A stretch of 64,000 bases of DNA, taken from a virus. A program made the translations under genes and the position numbers. This document shows, piece by piece, positions 1-17,951 of this stretch (the stretch's first letter is position 1; each line of letters begins with the position of its first letter). The DNA lies in UHGV virus genome UHGV-0222911; one strand, given 5' to 3'. The notes beneath the pieces are model-generated. The model did not search any database and had not been told where the DNA came from. It saw only the letters and a list, made by a program, of their open reading frames with translations.

Positions 1-1208
1 AAGATTTCGATGAAAACTCTGCTGCATATAAGGCTGCTAAACAACTTTGGAGTCAGACTCCTAAAGTAACTCAGCTTTATATTGGTAGACGTGCTATGCA
101 GTACACTGTATCAATTCCTGATGAGGTTACTGAGAGTACCGACTATTCTTTAACTGTAGCTGTGAGCGGTGGAGTTTCTCAGCCATTCCAGTATACAGCA
201 CAGTCAGAAGATACTGCTGAGAAGGTGCTACAGCAGCTTAAAACTCAGATTGAAGCAGAACCTTCTGTAAAAGACCTTGTTACTGTCAATGTAACTGGTG
301 CTGGCGGTTCAGCAACAATGGTAATCACCAAAGCTGGTGTCAACGACTTCGTGAAGGTTACTACTACAGCACAAACAGTGTCAATTGCAAGCACAACTGC
401 TGACACAGCATCGACTGCTCTGGCAGCTATTGAAGCGTATTCAACTGACTGGTATTTCATTGCAGCAGAAGACAGAACTCAACAGTTTGTCTTAGCAATG
501 GCTTCTGAGATTCAAGCTCGTAAGAAGATTTTCTTTACAGCTAACTCCGATGTAGCAGCACTGCAAGGTACAGAATTAGCCAGTGCAAATGACGTTCCAG
601 CACAACTTGCTAAGAATAAGTACACTCGTACAGTTTGCTTGTGGCATCACGCAGCAGCAGAAGACTATCCAGAGATGGCATACATTGCTTATGGTGCTCC
701 ATATGATGCAGGTTCAATTGCTTGGGGTAATGCTCAGCTAACTGGTGTAGCAGCTTCTCTACAACCATCTAATCAGAGACCTCTGACAAGTATTCAGAAG
801 TCTGCTTTAGATGTACGTCACTGTAACTTTATTGACCTTGATGGTGGTGTTCCAGTGGTTCGTAGAGGGATTACTTCTGGTGGGGAATGGATTGATATCG
901 TCCGTGGTGTTGACTGGTTAGAATCAGACCTGAAAACTTCTCTGAGAGACTTGCTAATTAACCAGAAGGGTGGTAAGATTACTTATGATGATACTGGTAT
1001 TACTCGTATTCGTCAAGTCATTGAAACCTCTCTGCAAAGAGCAGTCAACAGAAACTTCCTGTCATCTTACACAGTTAATGTTCCTAAAGCCTCTCAAGTT
1101 GCTTTGGCAGATAAGAAAGCTCGTATCCTGAAAGATGTTACCTTCGCAGGTATCTTAGCAGGGGCTATCTTGGATGTTGACTTGAAAGGTACAGTGGCTT
1201 ACGAATAA
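1..1208 (+). CDS. tail sheath-like virion structural protein (N-terminus lies upstream of the window)
   Basis: Reading frame of the 96..1208 ORF is open back to base 3, so the gene is 5'-truncated by the window; first gene of a sheath-tube-chaperone-tape measure order; identity by synteny only, could instead be another major structural protein. Confidence 0.4.
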   Translation, partial: DFDENSAAYKAAKQLWSQTPKVTQLYIGRRAMQYTVSIPDEVTESTDYSLTVAVSGGVSQPFQYTAQSEDTAEKVLQQLKTQIEAEPSVKDLVTVNVTGAGGSATMVITKAGVNDFVKVTTTAQTVSIASTTADTASTALAAIEAYSTDWYFIAAEDRTQQFVLAMASEIQARKKIFFTANSDVAALQGTELASANDVPAQLAKNKYTRTVCLWHHAAAEDYPEMAYIAYGAPYDAGSIAWGNAQLTGVAASLQPSNQRPLTSIQKSALDVRHCNFIDLDGGVPVVRRGITSGGEWIDIVRGVDWLESDLKTSLRDLLINQKGGKITYDDTGITRIRQVIETSLQRAVNRNFLSSYTVNVPKASQVALADKKARILKDVTFAGILAGAILDVDLKGTVAYE

Positions 1209-1223
1209 TAGAGGTAAATTGGA

Positions 1224-1670
1224 ATGGCTATGTATCAGCAATATTCCCCTAAAGACGTTGTATGTAGCTGGAATGGTATTGCCATTGAAGGCTTTGCCCC
1301 AGACTCATTCTTGCGTCTACAGAGAACATCACCACTTGTTACACCAGTTGTTGGTGCAGGTGGTCAAGTTGCTCTGACAAGAAATGCAGACAAGACAGGT
1401 ACTATTGAGATTGAGCTAATGCAGACTTCTCTCTCTAACCAGATGCTTTCTGCAATTCAAGCTAAACAAGACAATATGGAACTTGAAGAAGATATCTCTT
1501 CTAACTTCGTAATCTACGACCCATCAGGCTCTGTTCTGGCAACTGGTATTAATGCTTGGTTGCAGGAATTACCACAGATTGAACTTGGTCGTGACCAGAA
1601 CTCTAAAACTTGGATTTTTGGTTGTGAGAAGCTAGACTACACTTCTACAATTCCAGCGTCAAGTGTTTAA
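1224..1670 (+). CDS. tail tube protein candidate
   Basis: 148 aa ORF directly after the sheath candidate, followed by a strong hairpin+T-run terminator; synteny only. Confidence 0.4.
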   Translation: MAMYQQYSPKDVVCSWNGIAIEGFAPDSFLRLQRTSPLVTPVVGAGGQVALTRNADKTGTIEIELMQTSLSNQMLSAIQAKQDNMELEEDISSNFVIYDPSGSVLATGINAWLQELPQIELGRDQNSKTWIFGCEKLDYTSTIPASSV

Positions 1671-1682
1671 TAAATCCTATAA

Positions 1683-1717
1683 GGGGGAGACTTTAAAAGG
1701 TCTTCCCCTTTTTTGTT
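1683..1717 (+). terminator. rho-independent terminator after tube gene
   Basis: GGGGGAGAC / GTCTTCCCC stem followed by TTTTTTGTTT. Confidence 0.6.
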
Positions 1718-1743
1718 TCTTTTAAAAGTATTAAGGAATCACA

Positions 1744-2142
1744 ATGAAAACAGAATCTAGAGTAATTAATGGCAAGAAAGTAAATATCGTTCTGCTTGGG
1801 GCAAGAGATGGTATTAAGATGTCTATGAAGTTGGGTAAAATTGTTGTTCCAACCTTTGCACAGATGCTATCAAGTCTGACTGACAAGGGTAAGAAGGAAG
1901 CTCCAATGGTTCCATTTAAAGAGCTTGTTGAAGCTTGTTTTGACAGAATTGAAGAAATTAACCTTGAAGAGATGGCTACCTTATTATTTCAAGGGGCAAC
2001 TGTTGATGACTTCCCACTTAATATTGATACATACTTCCAAGCAAACTATGGTGAATTTATTGATTACTTAGCATTTGCGCTGGAGGCAAACTTCGGAAGT
2101 TTTTTCGAAGCAAGCATTTTCAAAAGCCTAACTTCTCAGTAA
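1744..2142 (+). CDS. tail assembly chaperone (G-like)
   Basis: 132 aa acidic ORF immediately upstream of tape measure gene; contains slippery heptamer T TTT TTC at 2100-2106 near its 3' end. Confidence 0.45.
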   Translation: MKTESRVINGKKVNIVLLGARDGIKMSMKLGKIVVPTFAQMLSSLTDKGKKEAPMVPFKELVEACFDRIEEINLEEMATLLFQGATVDDFPLNIDTYFQANYGEFIDYLAFALEANFGSFFEASIFKSLTSQ

Positions 2143-2144
2143 AC

Positions 2145-2383
2145 ATGGGTAACACTCTACAGACACCACTAACTGATGCTGCTGTAGAGGCAACCTATGA
2201 AGAAGCAGACGAGATGAAATTTGTGCTTGCTATTTATGGTATGGAAGGGTGTAAAGAAACACTTGACCAACTCTTTGCTATGACATTCTCTGATTTATTA
2301 TCATTGAGACAATTTCTTGAAATTCAGAGGTCGTATAAAGAGGAAATTGCTTACAACGAACTTAGAAGAGCAGGAAAAATGTA

Positions 2384-2384
<1 letters not shown>
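2145..2384 (+). CDS. tail assembly chaperone -1 frame extension (T-like part of a G-T fusion)
   Basis: 79 aa ORF in the -1 frame relative to 1744..2142; -1 frame is stop-free from the slippery site at 2100 to this ORF. Confidence 0.4.
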
Positions 2385-10388
<8,004 letters not shown>

Positions 10389-10390
10389 TA

Positions 10391-11578
10391 ATGGCGGTAG
10401 GTGAAATTCAAATTAGTGCCTTGCCTCAAGCAGCCTTACCAATTGACCTTAGTGATATCTTCCATCTTAAGCAGGGTATTGAGGATAAGAGATGTACTCT
10501 TGAGCAATTACTTGCTCCACACTCAAGCCTAAGAAATAACCCTCATGGTGTTACTAAAACACAAATTGGTTTAGATAACGTTATCAATGCTCTTCAGTTA
10601 GTTGCTGCAAATAACTTATCAGACGTTACTAATGTAGTTCAGGCAAGAGCAAATCTACAGATTATGTCTTCAGAAGAGGTTAATAATCTTGTTCAACAGC
10701 ATATTCAGGACAAGAGCAACCCACATAATACAACTAAGGCACAGGTAGGGTTGAGTAATGTTCAGAACTGGACAACATCGAACCTTTATAACGAAGATGC
10801 AGACAAGTACGCTACAGCAAGAGCAGTAAATAACTTGTACAAGGCTGTTCAGGCTTCCTATCCAGTAGGTACTATCCATCTTTCCATGAACTCTGCAAAC
10901 CCTTCTACATATTTAATTTGTGGAGGAACTTGGGAGTTAGTTTCAAAAGGTAGGGCATTGGTTGGCTATGACTCTGATACAAGACCAGCAGGCTCTGTAT
11001 TTGGTGCTTCAACTGTCACTTTGTCAGTTAATAACATGCCTCAACATTCACACTCCGTGTCTCTTAGTGGTGGTGGTCACACTCATAATGCAACTGTGTC
11101 AATTTCAGCTTTTGATTATGGAACTAAGACTACCAACTCTTTTGACTATGGAACAAAGACCACTAACACGACTGGTAACCACAACCATGTTGGCAGTGGG
11201 TCAACAAGTGCTGCTGGTGCTCATAACCACAGATTGACCTATGAATCAGGTGGTGGTTTATCTGAAAGACCTGCAATGGTTTGGTCTTCAAGAAATGACC
11301 AATCATGGTACTCAGCAGATGCTGTCTGTGAAGTCGCTGGTGCTCACAGCCACTCTTTCAGTGTTACCACTAACACAACTGGTAACCACAACCATACGGT
11401 TGGTATTGGTGCTCACAGCCACACAGTTGGTATTGGTTCACATACACACAATGGTACTGTAACAGTTTCTTCTTCTGAGCATACGCATAGCGGGAACACT
11501 AATAGTGTTGGTGGTGGACAAGCTTTCAACATTGAGCAGCCATCCTTTGTACTGTATGTATGGCAGAGAACAGCTTAA
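10391..11578 (+). CDS. tail fibre protein with His-box (HxH) C-terminal tip
   Basis: 395 aa; C-terminal repeats GNHNH, GAHSHTVGIGSHTH, SEHTHSG, FDYGTKTTN duplicated; shares C-terminal motifs with the next gene; HxH boxes are known from T-even long tail fibre tips. Confidence 0.6.
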   Translation: MAVGEIQISALPQAALPIDLSDIFHLKQGIEDKRCTLEQLLAPHSSLRNNPHGVTKTQIGLDNVINALQLVAANNLSDVTNVVQARANLQIMSSEEVNNLVQQHIQDKSNPHNTTKAQVGLSNVQNWTTSNLYNEDADKYATARAVNNLYKAVQASYPVGTIHLSMNSANPSTYLICGGTWELVSKGRALVGYDSDTRPAGSVFGASTVTLSVNNMPQHSHSVSLSGGGHTHNATVSISAFDYGTKTTNSFDYGTKTTNTTGNHNHVGSGSTSAAGAHNHRLTYESGGGLSERPAMVWSSRNDQSWYSADAVCEVAGAHSHSFSVTTNTTGNHNHTVGIGAHSHTVGIGSHTHNGTVTVSSSEHTHSGNTNSVGGGQAFNIEQPSFVLYVWQRTA

Positions 11579-11588
11579 TTTCTTTACA

Positions 11589-11608
11589 GGGGCTTTGTAG
11601 CCCCTTTT
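11589..11608 (+). terminator. hairpin + T-run between the two fibre genes
   Basis: GGGGCT ttgt AGCCCC followed by TTTT. Confidence 0.45.
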
Positions 11609-11624
11609 AAGAGGAAAATTTATA

Positions 11625-14171
11625 ATGGCAGATTACAAGTTGAGTCAATTAAACTCAATCGACACAATTCGTTCAGAAGACCTATTGCACATCAGAGTTA
11701 AGAAAAGACCTGAAATGTTGGGTGACGAAGACCGTAGAATGACCTATCAAGACTTCTTAGCTTCCTTCAAACTAGAAAGGTTTGTTCAGATTGCTGGGAG
11801 TACTATGGTTGGGGACTTAGGTATTGTCAAGTTACTTTACGGTGGTAAGGCAGTATTTGACCCAACAGGCTCTTCTGAGATTACTATTGGGGATATTTTA
11901 AAGACTTTTAAAATCAACTCAAATGGGCTTAAACTCACTATTGCAGATGCCACAAGGTCGGCAACTGTTTATCATACTTTGAATAAACCAAGCCCTAATG
12001 AACTTGGTATGAGAACTAATGAAGAGAATGATGCAAGATATGCAAGGCTTGCTGTTACAAACACATTCTCTGGAACTCAGAACATTCAAGGTGATGCTAA
12101 CTTACTTCGCCTTAGAAACCGAAATGCAAACAATGCACAATACATTGAAGGTGTAAACCAAGATGGTTCAGCTAGATGGTGGGTTGGTATTGGTAGCAAT
12201 GGTTCTGACGAAGTAAAACTGTACAATAACAAATACAACTCAGTCTTGACTGTTGCAAGTAATATCTCTGTTAATAAGTCTTTAGCAATCACTGGACAAG
12301 TTCAACCTTCAGATTTCTCTAACTTAGATGCTAGATATTTTACTCAGACAGTTGCTAATCAGAGATTTGCACAGTTAGCTGGCAATAATACTTTTACAGG
12401 TGCTAACACTTTCACTAACCTTGTTGCTAAGAAGAATGCTAATGCTATTACTTTGCAGAATACTGATGCAAGTACAGCACTTTACATTCTCGGTAAGAAG
12501 TCTGATGGAACAAATAAATGGTATGTTGGTACAGATTCTGATGAGACACGTCTAAACATTTACAACTACCTTACAGGTTCACAGGTTTCACTAGGTACTA
12601 CTATTGGTATCAATAAAACTGTGCAAATCACTGGACAAGTTCAACCTTCAGATTGGGCTAACATTGACTCTAGATATATTCCGGTAGCAACATTAAGTAC
12701 GATTGCAAGAACTAATGCAAGGAATACTTTTAATGGTGTACAGACAGTTGTTACGGATAATGAAGGTCTGATTGTTAAAAACTCTACTCAGAATAGACCA
12801 TTATATATTCGTGGTGTGGACACTACTAATGTATCAAGATGGTGGATTGGTGTTGGTGGTGCTGATACGAATGATGTTACCCTAAATAACAGTTATTCTG
12901 GAACCCAATTGGTTCTCGGGAATACAACATCATACATTAACAAAACATTGACTATTGCTGGACAAGTTCAACCTTCAGATTTTTCTAACTTAGATGCTAG
13001 ATACTTTACGCAAAGTGCTAGTGATAGCAGATACCTAAGAATCAGAAGCACTAGCTTCAATGTGGGAAACACTGAGAAGTGGGCTAAAATTGCCACTGTT
13101 GTGATGCCACAATCAGCATCCACTGCTGTTATTGAGGTATTTGGTGGGTCAGGTTATAATATTAATACACCACAACAAGCAGGTAAATGTGAAATTGTTC
13201 TGCGAACTTCAAATAACAATCCAAAGGGCTTAAATGTTGTTGCTTGGAGAACATCAGATAACACCATTGTCAGGGATATTGGTTATGTGAATACTTCTGG
13301 AGACACCTATGATATTTACTATCTTGCTGGTACGTTTCAAAACAGTACAACGACAAGGGTTCAGTCTTCTAGTAATGCAAGTGTACAGTTGTTTGAAGTC
13401 CCACAGACATTTGATGATGCTCCACAAGATATTGTGAAGGGTACAATTGCAAAATACTACACAAGTTTGCAAAAACCAACCCCTTCAGATATTGGTGCAT
13501 ACACTAAAGCAGAGACTGACCAGAAAATTGCAGAAGCAATTAGTGACTCTACAGACCTGAATAAAATCTACCCAGTAGGTATCGTGACATGGTTTAATAG
13601 TAATGTTAACCCTAATACAGCACTTCCTGGTCTAACTTGGACGTACCTGAATAATGGTGTTGGCAGAACTATTAGAATTGCAGCAGCAAATGGTTCAGAT
13701 GTTGCTACAACTGGTGGTTCAGACTCTGTAACGTTATCTGTTGGTAACTTACCTTCACACACGCATAGTTTCTCTGCTACTACTTCATCATTTGATTATG
13801 GCACTAAGACTTCTAGTACAACTGGTAACCATAACCATAACAGAGGGACTATGGAGATTACTGGTACAGTAGGTTACTTTAGAAGTGACTCTAGCAGCTT
13901 CTACACAGCAAGTGGTGCATTTACACTTGGTAGCTCAACTGCTTCTAAGGGTTTTACTGGCTCTAACTTCACTTATGGTATCCCTGCTAACTTTAATGCG
14001 TCAAGAACTTGGTCTGGTGTAACGAATACAACAGGTAACCACAGCCACACTGTTGGTATTGGTGCTCACAGCCACACAGTTAGCGGTAACACAGGTGGTA
14101 CTGGTTCTGGTTCAGCATTTAGTGTTACTAACCAGTTCTACAAGTTAATGGCTTGGGTAAGAACTGCTTAA
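11625..14171 (+). CDS. long tail fibre protein with three tandem internal repeats and His-box tip
   Basis: 848 aa; three ~110 aa tandem repeats each ending ITGQVQPSD(F/W)xNxDxRY (near-identical DNA at 12291-12347, 12629-12685, 12957-13013); C-terminus has LPSHTHSF, FDYGTKT, TGNHNH, HSHTVGIGAHSHTV like the preceding gene. Confidence 0.65.
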   Translation: MADYKLSQLNSIDTIRSEDLLHIRVKKRPEMLGDEDRRMTYQDFLASFKLERFVQIAGSTMVGDLGIVKLLYGGKAVFDPTGSSEITIGDILKTFKINSNGLKLTIADATRSATVYHTLNKPSPNELGMRTNEENDARYARLAVTNTFSGTQNIQGDANLLRLRNRNANNAQYIEGVNQDGSARWWVGIGSNGSDEVKLYNNKYNSVLTVASNISVNKSLAITGQVQPSDFSNLDARYFTQTVANQRFAQLAGNNTFTGANTFTNLVAKKNANAITLQNTDASTALYILGKKSDGTNKWYVGTDSDETRLNIYNYLTGSQVSLGTTIGINKTVQITGQVQPSDWANIDSRYIPVATLSTIARTNARNTFNGVQTVVTDNEGLIVKNSTQNRPLYIRGVDTTNVSRWWIGVGGADTNDVTLNNSYSGTQLVLGNTTSYINKTLTIAGQVQPSDFSNLDARYFTQSASDSRYLRIRSTSFNVGNTEKWAKIATVVMPQSASTAVIEVFGGSGYNINTPQQAGKCEIVLRTSNNNPKGLNVVAWRTSDNTIVRDIGYVNTSGDTYDIYYLAGTFQNSTTTRVQSSSNASVQLFEVPQTFDDAPQDIVKGTIAKYYTSLQKPTPSDIGAYTKAETDQKIAEAISDSTDLNKIYPVGIVTWFNSNVNPNTALPGLTWTYLNNGVGRTIRIAAANGSDVATTGGSDSVTLSVGNLPSHTHSFSATTSSFDYGTKTSSTTGNHNHNRGTMEITGTVGYFRSDSSSFYTASGAFTLGSSTASKGFTGSNFTYGIPANFNASRTWSGVTNTTGNHSHTVGIGAHSHTVSGNTGGTGSGSAFSVTNQFYKLMAWVRTA

Positions 14172-14250
14172 TCACTTGTTGACTGATTGTTAAGATGGTG
14201 TTAATATTCTTTATGGGTATTCTCACCATCTTGGCTGATGAGGTGATTAA

Positions 14251-14448
14251 ATGCCTACAATCCTAGCAATTCTTCTAAAAAATCTAGGTAACTTCTTCTG
14301 GAAACTCATTTTATCCCTTCTAAGTGAATACATGATTGAGAAAGTGTTCTTTAAGCTTGCAAGATATCTTGCGAGTAAAACAGACACACCTATTGATGAT
14401 GAGTTCGTAGATAACTTAGAAAAAGCTTTTAAGGGGGAGAATAAATGA
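14251..14448 (+). CDS. small membrane protein (holin-like candidate)
   Basis: 65 aa, hydrophobic N-terminal segment (ILAILLKNLGNFFWKLILSLL), charged C-terminus. Confidence 0.3.
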   Translation: MPTILAILLKNLGNFFWKLILSLLSEYMIEKVFFKLARYLASKTDTPIDDEFVDNLEKAFKGENK

Positions 14449-14816
14449 AGTGGCTAGAGGAAGCTTTTAAAAATAATATTGGTACAATTGTAGTTGGTAT
14501 TTTTAGTGTTATTGGGATGTATACCACCATGCAAGTCTCGGATGGTAAGCAAGAAGTGTCTGTCACAACAAAGTTACAGCAGCTAGATAATTATAGCAAG
14601 TCTAATTACTCAGCTATTCGTGATTTACAGTCTGACATGAGACTGATTCAGCTAGGGATGGAGAACCAGAAAGTTCAGTTAGAGAATGTTAAGGGTGAGA
14701 ACGCAAAACTTACTAAAACTCTGGATAAATTCTCTGACAGTGTGAACAATCTGGCTCAATCAGTATCAGCCTTGCAAGCTATTACTGAAAAGAACACAAA
14801 GAATACTGAAAAATAA
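14445..14816 (+). CDS. membrane-anchored coiled-coil protein
   Basis: 123 aa, one TM segment (IGTIVVGIFSVIGMY) then coiled-coil-like region; overlapping start with previous ORF. Confidence 0.3.
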   Translation: MKWLEEAFKNNIGTIVVGIFSVIGMYTTMQVSDGKQEVSVTTKLQQLDNYSKSNYSAIRDLQSDMRLIQLGMENQKVQLENVKGENAKLTKTLDKFSDSVNNLAQSVSALQAITEKNTKNTEK

Positions 14817-14823
14817 AATTTAA

Positions 14824-14853
14824 GGCTCCTTTTTACGGGAGCCTTTTTGTTTT
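14824..14853. terminator. bidirectional terminator between convergent genes
   Basis: GGCTCC ttttta cGGGAGCC hairpin with T-runs on both sides. Confidence 0.55.
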
Positions 14854-15751
14854 ACTTGCCTACTGACAGAGGTGCTTCAATCTTTCCTGCATGTTGGTAG
14901 TTATTAATCCCACCAATAAAATCACTTGCTGTAAGATGTTTTAAGTCACTTAAAGTATTAAGTGGTAGACCAATCTCAAAAGTTGGTGCATGGAACTCTT
15001 CGTTGTTCATCAGTTCATAAACCTGCTTCATATGGTTCTGATAAATCTGAGTATCTCCAAAGACACCTATCAAGTACCGTGGAGTGTATCCAGTCATCTT
15101 ACAAAGAACTTCCAGAATAAAACCGTAAGATGCAATATTAAACGGAAGTCCTAAAAAGGTGTCTACTGAACGCTGATACCATTGTAAATCAACTTCACCC
15201 TCATTAGTAATATAAATCTGAAACAGAACATGACAAGGTGCTAAAGCCATTGAGTTTGCTGCAATATCTGCTGCATTCCAAGCATTAACAAGCATGTAAC
15301 GGTCTGTGATATCACCCTTCATCTTTGTTACTAATGTATCTAGTTGGTCTACAACACAACCGTTATGACCTTCAAAGTTTCTCCACTGAACCCCATAGAT
15401 TCTTCCACCTGCATCCTCTAACCAATCTTGTTCAGAAGAATAATTAGAGCTTAACCAGCGTTTAAAATCATCTGACCAGATAGTCCAGCGTTCCCCATCA
15501 TTTTCACCCCAAGTGCGGTAACGGAGTTCACCCAGCTTATTCTCACCGTTCAGGAACCATAAAGCTTCCCCAATAACTTGTCGTGTAAACACCTGTTTAG
15601 AAGTTAAGAGTGGGAAACCAGTTCGCATATCAAAACGAAACTGAGGTGGAGCAAATGCAGAGATAACATCTCCAGTTCGTGTAGTACGCAGTTCACCAAC
15701 TGATAAAACATGGTTCAGAATATTTTTGTAACTTGTATCTGCTTGTGACAT
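14852..15751 (-). CDS. thyA: thymidylate synthase (ThyA type)
   Basis: 299 aa; classical ThyA motifs (EALWFLNGEN, DLQWYQRSVD, LGLPFNIASYG). Confidence 0.9.
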   Translation of the reverse strand: MSQADTSYKNILNHVLSVGELRTTRTGDVISAFAPPQFRFDMRTGFPLLTSKQVFTRQVIGEALWFLNGENKLGELRYRTWGENDGERWTIWSDDFKRWLSSNYSSEQDWLEDAGGRIYGVQWRNFEGHNGCVVDQLDTLVTKMKGDITDRYMLVNAWNAADIAANSMALAPCHVLFQIYITNEGEVDLQWYQRSVDTFLGLPFNIASYGFILEVLCKMTGYTPRYLIGVFGDTQIYQNHMKQVYELMNNEEFHAPTFEIGLPLNTLSDLKHLTASDFIGGINNYQHAGKIEAPLSVGK

Positions 15752-15752
15752 A

Positions 15753-16298
15753 TCAAAAGTGTCCTTTTACTTGTGGAACATAAATTTCAAAGGTTGCTTT
15801 ACCATCCTCTGATGGTTTTGACTGTACCTTTGTAAATACACGGTTATCATACAGCTTCTCAAAGAAGTTTTCAAAAGGTAAATACACAGTGGCCTCTTCA
15901 GTAACTTTATGGAAAACTGTATGGAAAACTACACCAGCATATGGTAAAGCATTGACAAGGACACCTGCACCACCAATTACAAAGACATCTTCATCAATAG
16001 AGCTATCAAGATACTTCAAAAATGCTCCAAAGGATTCTTTGCTGGCCTTAGCATACATTACCTCATCTTTGCCAAAATCTATGCCTAAGTATGGTACAGA
16101 ATTTGTTAAGATGAGGTTTGCACGTTCTGGTAAAGGTTTACTACCAAGAGTCTTGAAAGTCTCATTCCCCATTACTACTAAGTTGTTTTTAGTGAGCCTC
16201 TTAAACTCTTGCATATCTTGTTTATGTCGAGGCCACGGCATACCAGTTGGAGTACCAAACTCCCCATTTTCACCACTTGCAAAGATTAATTTAATCAT
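15753..16298 (-). CDS. folA: dihydrofolate reductase
   Basis: 181 aa; DHFR N-terminal signature (IFASGENGEFG...MPWPRHKQD...VVMGNETFKTLG); adjacent to thyA. Confidence 0.85.
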   Translation of the reverse strand: MIKLIFASGENGEFGTPTGMPWPRHKQDMQEFKRLTKNNLVVMGNETFKTLGSKPLPERANLILTNSVPYLGIDFGKDEVMYAKASKESFGAFLKYLDSSIDEDVFVIGGAGVLVNALPYAGVVFHTVFHKVTEEATVYLPFENFFEKLYDNRVFTKVQSKPSEDGKATFEIYVPQVKGHF

Positions 16299-16555
16299 TT
16301 TGTAAATCCTTTCTTAATGAACCAGTTGATAACATTCTTCACCGCTTTATTGCTATGATAGATTAAGTGTGGTGCAGGTTGGTATGAACCATAAGCCCAG
16401 AAAGCAATAATTTCACTACACCCTGTACACCTTGTACTCTCTTCAGCAATATGACCGTTGACTATTTCACTTACCTCACCTTGTAAGTCTGTGCATCCAC
16501 AATGTGGACAACGGATAGGTGCTCCGTCAGACTCATAGCAGTGTTCAATTTTCAT
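16295..16555 (-). CDS. small zinc-ribbon protein
   Basis: 86 aa with CPHCGC...CTGC cysteine pairs. Confidence 0.35.
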   Translation of the reverse strand: MKIEHCYESDGAPIRCPHCGCTDLQGEVSEIVNGHIAEESTRCTGCSEIIAFWAYGSYQPAPHLIYHSNKAVKNVINWFIKKGFTK

Positions 16556-17071
16556 TTATTTAACCTCAAAAACTGGTTCAAGAACCAATATAAAGTCTAC
16601 ACAGTCATCTTCTTCATCCAGAATACCATCAAAGTTCTTAGGAACGAAGTCGAAGAGACTCATCACAAAGCAGTCAGAAGTAACCCTGATAGTTCCTCCG
16701 ATGTTCTCTACAGTTAACACTGTACGACTTTCTTTTACCTCTCGCAAAAGATTACTCACAAAGTCATCTAAGAAGTACTTCATCAGTGACTTAAAACCTT
16801 TAGGGTAATCTGTACCAGAGTATGTTTCAATCTGAGGTACAAGCTTAACATTTATACTAGTCTTTGTTAAGAATGTGCTAGAGAACATACTATCAGGTAA
16901 CTTACAAACAGTCTTTCCAGTGCCTTCATGTTCAATCTCAACAAAACCAGCTTCATCGCCACATGTAACTATTTTAAAAGATGCTTCATTATCACCCTGT
17001 GAAGCCATAAACTTTTTAAGCATCTCTTTAAGGAAATCTGCATGAGCATCTTGTAAGTAGATATCAATCAT
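16556..17071 (-). CDS. hypothetical protein
   Basis: 171 aa ORF, coupled to neighbours. Confidence 0.4.
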   Translation of the reverse strand: MIDIYLQDAHADFLKEMLKKFMASQGDNEASFKIVTCGDEAGFVEIEHEGTGKTVCKLPDSMFSSTFLTKTSINVKLVPQIETYSGTDYPKGFKSLMKYFLDDFVSNLLREVKESRTVLTVENIGGTIRVTSDCFVMSLFDFVPKNFDGILDEEDDCVDFILVLEPVFEVK

Positions 17072-17084
17072 AGTTAATCACCTA

Positions 17085-17444
17085 TTATGGGAACAGACAC
17101 TTGATGTCATCATTTTTGAAAACGAAGCTTGTGTAGTTGTGACCATCAACATCCAGCCAAACAGCCTGAACATCTACACCATCAAGATTGTGGTAAAGCT
17201 CTTTGATGAAGTGGTCTTTCACAATCTGGCTGCTAGTTGTTTCCAGCTTAATGTTTGAGATTGCTGAACCTACAGCCATATAACCCATGACACGTTTCTT
17301 CTCAGTATGCTTAATCTTACCATCTTTGTAAGCCATAATGAGATTGGAAAGAATCTTCACACCATAATACTTTTCAAGGTGAGTTGGTACACCATAAAAG
17401 CCTAATGCGAAGTTTTCAGAGTGGATAATATTTTCACGTTTCAT
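17085..17444 (-). CDS. hypothetical protein
   Basis: 119 aa ORF. Confidence 0.4.
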   Translation of the reverse strand: MKRENIIHSENFALGFYGVPTHLEKYYGVKILSNLIMAYKDGKIKHTEKKRVMGYMAVGSAISNIKLETTSSQIVKDHFIKELYHNLDGVDVQAVWLDVDGHNYTSFVFKNDDIKCLFP

Positions 17445-17445
17445 A

Positions 17446-17775
17446 TTAATCTGCCAGCCTTAAATTAAAATTAACACCAAATTTTTCGCATACTTCCAAC
17501 ATATACTCAAGGGAGACATTACCAGTGAGGTGGATTATGTTGGATACACGAGCCTGAGAGATACCACAAATTTTAGCAACTTGCTCTTGAGAAAGACCTC
17601 TGGATTTAATCTCTCTCTTAAAACGATGTGCAACGAAATCTCTCATTTCGTCTACATCCATTGGACAAATATAACTCTCCATTTCAGCCTCTCTGTCAGC
17701 CTCCCAATCATCTTGTGGAGCATAAGGGTCAAAAACCTCATTCATCTTTCTTCTTCCGTTTGCGTGAAGTGTCAA
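17446..17775 (-). CDS. helix-turn-helix DNA-binding protein candidate
   Basis: 109 aa; HTH-like segment GLSQEQVAKICGISQARVSNIIH. Confidence 0.4.
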   Translation of the reverse strand: MTLHANGRRKMNEVFDPYAPQDDWEADREAEMESYICPMDVDEMRDFVAHRFKREIKSRGLSQEQVAKICGISQARVSNIIHLTGNVSLEYMLEVCEKFGVNFNLRLAD

Positions 17776-17950
17776 TCAATGAATCTATGTTTGTAGCCCT
17801 AACCTTTTCACGTTCATCGTTAAGATAATCATCAAGAACCTTTTCAATCTGTGAATCATCTTGACAGATAACTGTAAAGACTGTAAAGCCGTCTGTATCG
17901 TCAATTATCTTACCATAACCGCTTCTGGGATGTAACTTTTTAAGAGCCAT
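17738..17950 (-). CDS. hypothetical protein
   Basis: 70 aa ORF overlapping start of next gene. Confidence 0.3.
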   Translation of the reverse strand: MALKKLHPRSGYGKIIDDTDGFTVFTVICQDDSQIEKVLDDYLNDEREKVRATNIDSLIDTSRKRKKKDE

Positions 17951-17951
17951 A

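Noticed and set aside
245-460. Antisense or alternate-frame ORFs inside long genes (for example 245..460, 3685..3876, 4044..4346, 9306..9833, 10962..11462, 24675..25097, 31172..31543, 46660..47187, 50662..51333)
   Set aside because: Each lies wholly within a longer ORF with recognisable motifs or better synteny; no independent start signals; most are hydrophobic or low-complexity shadow frames
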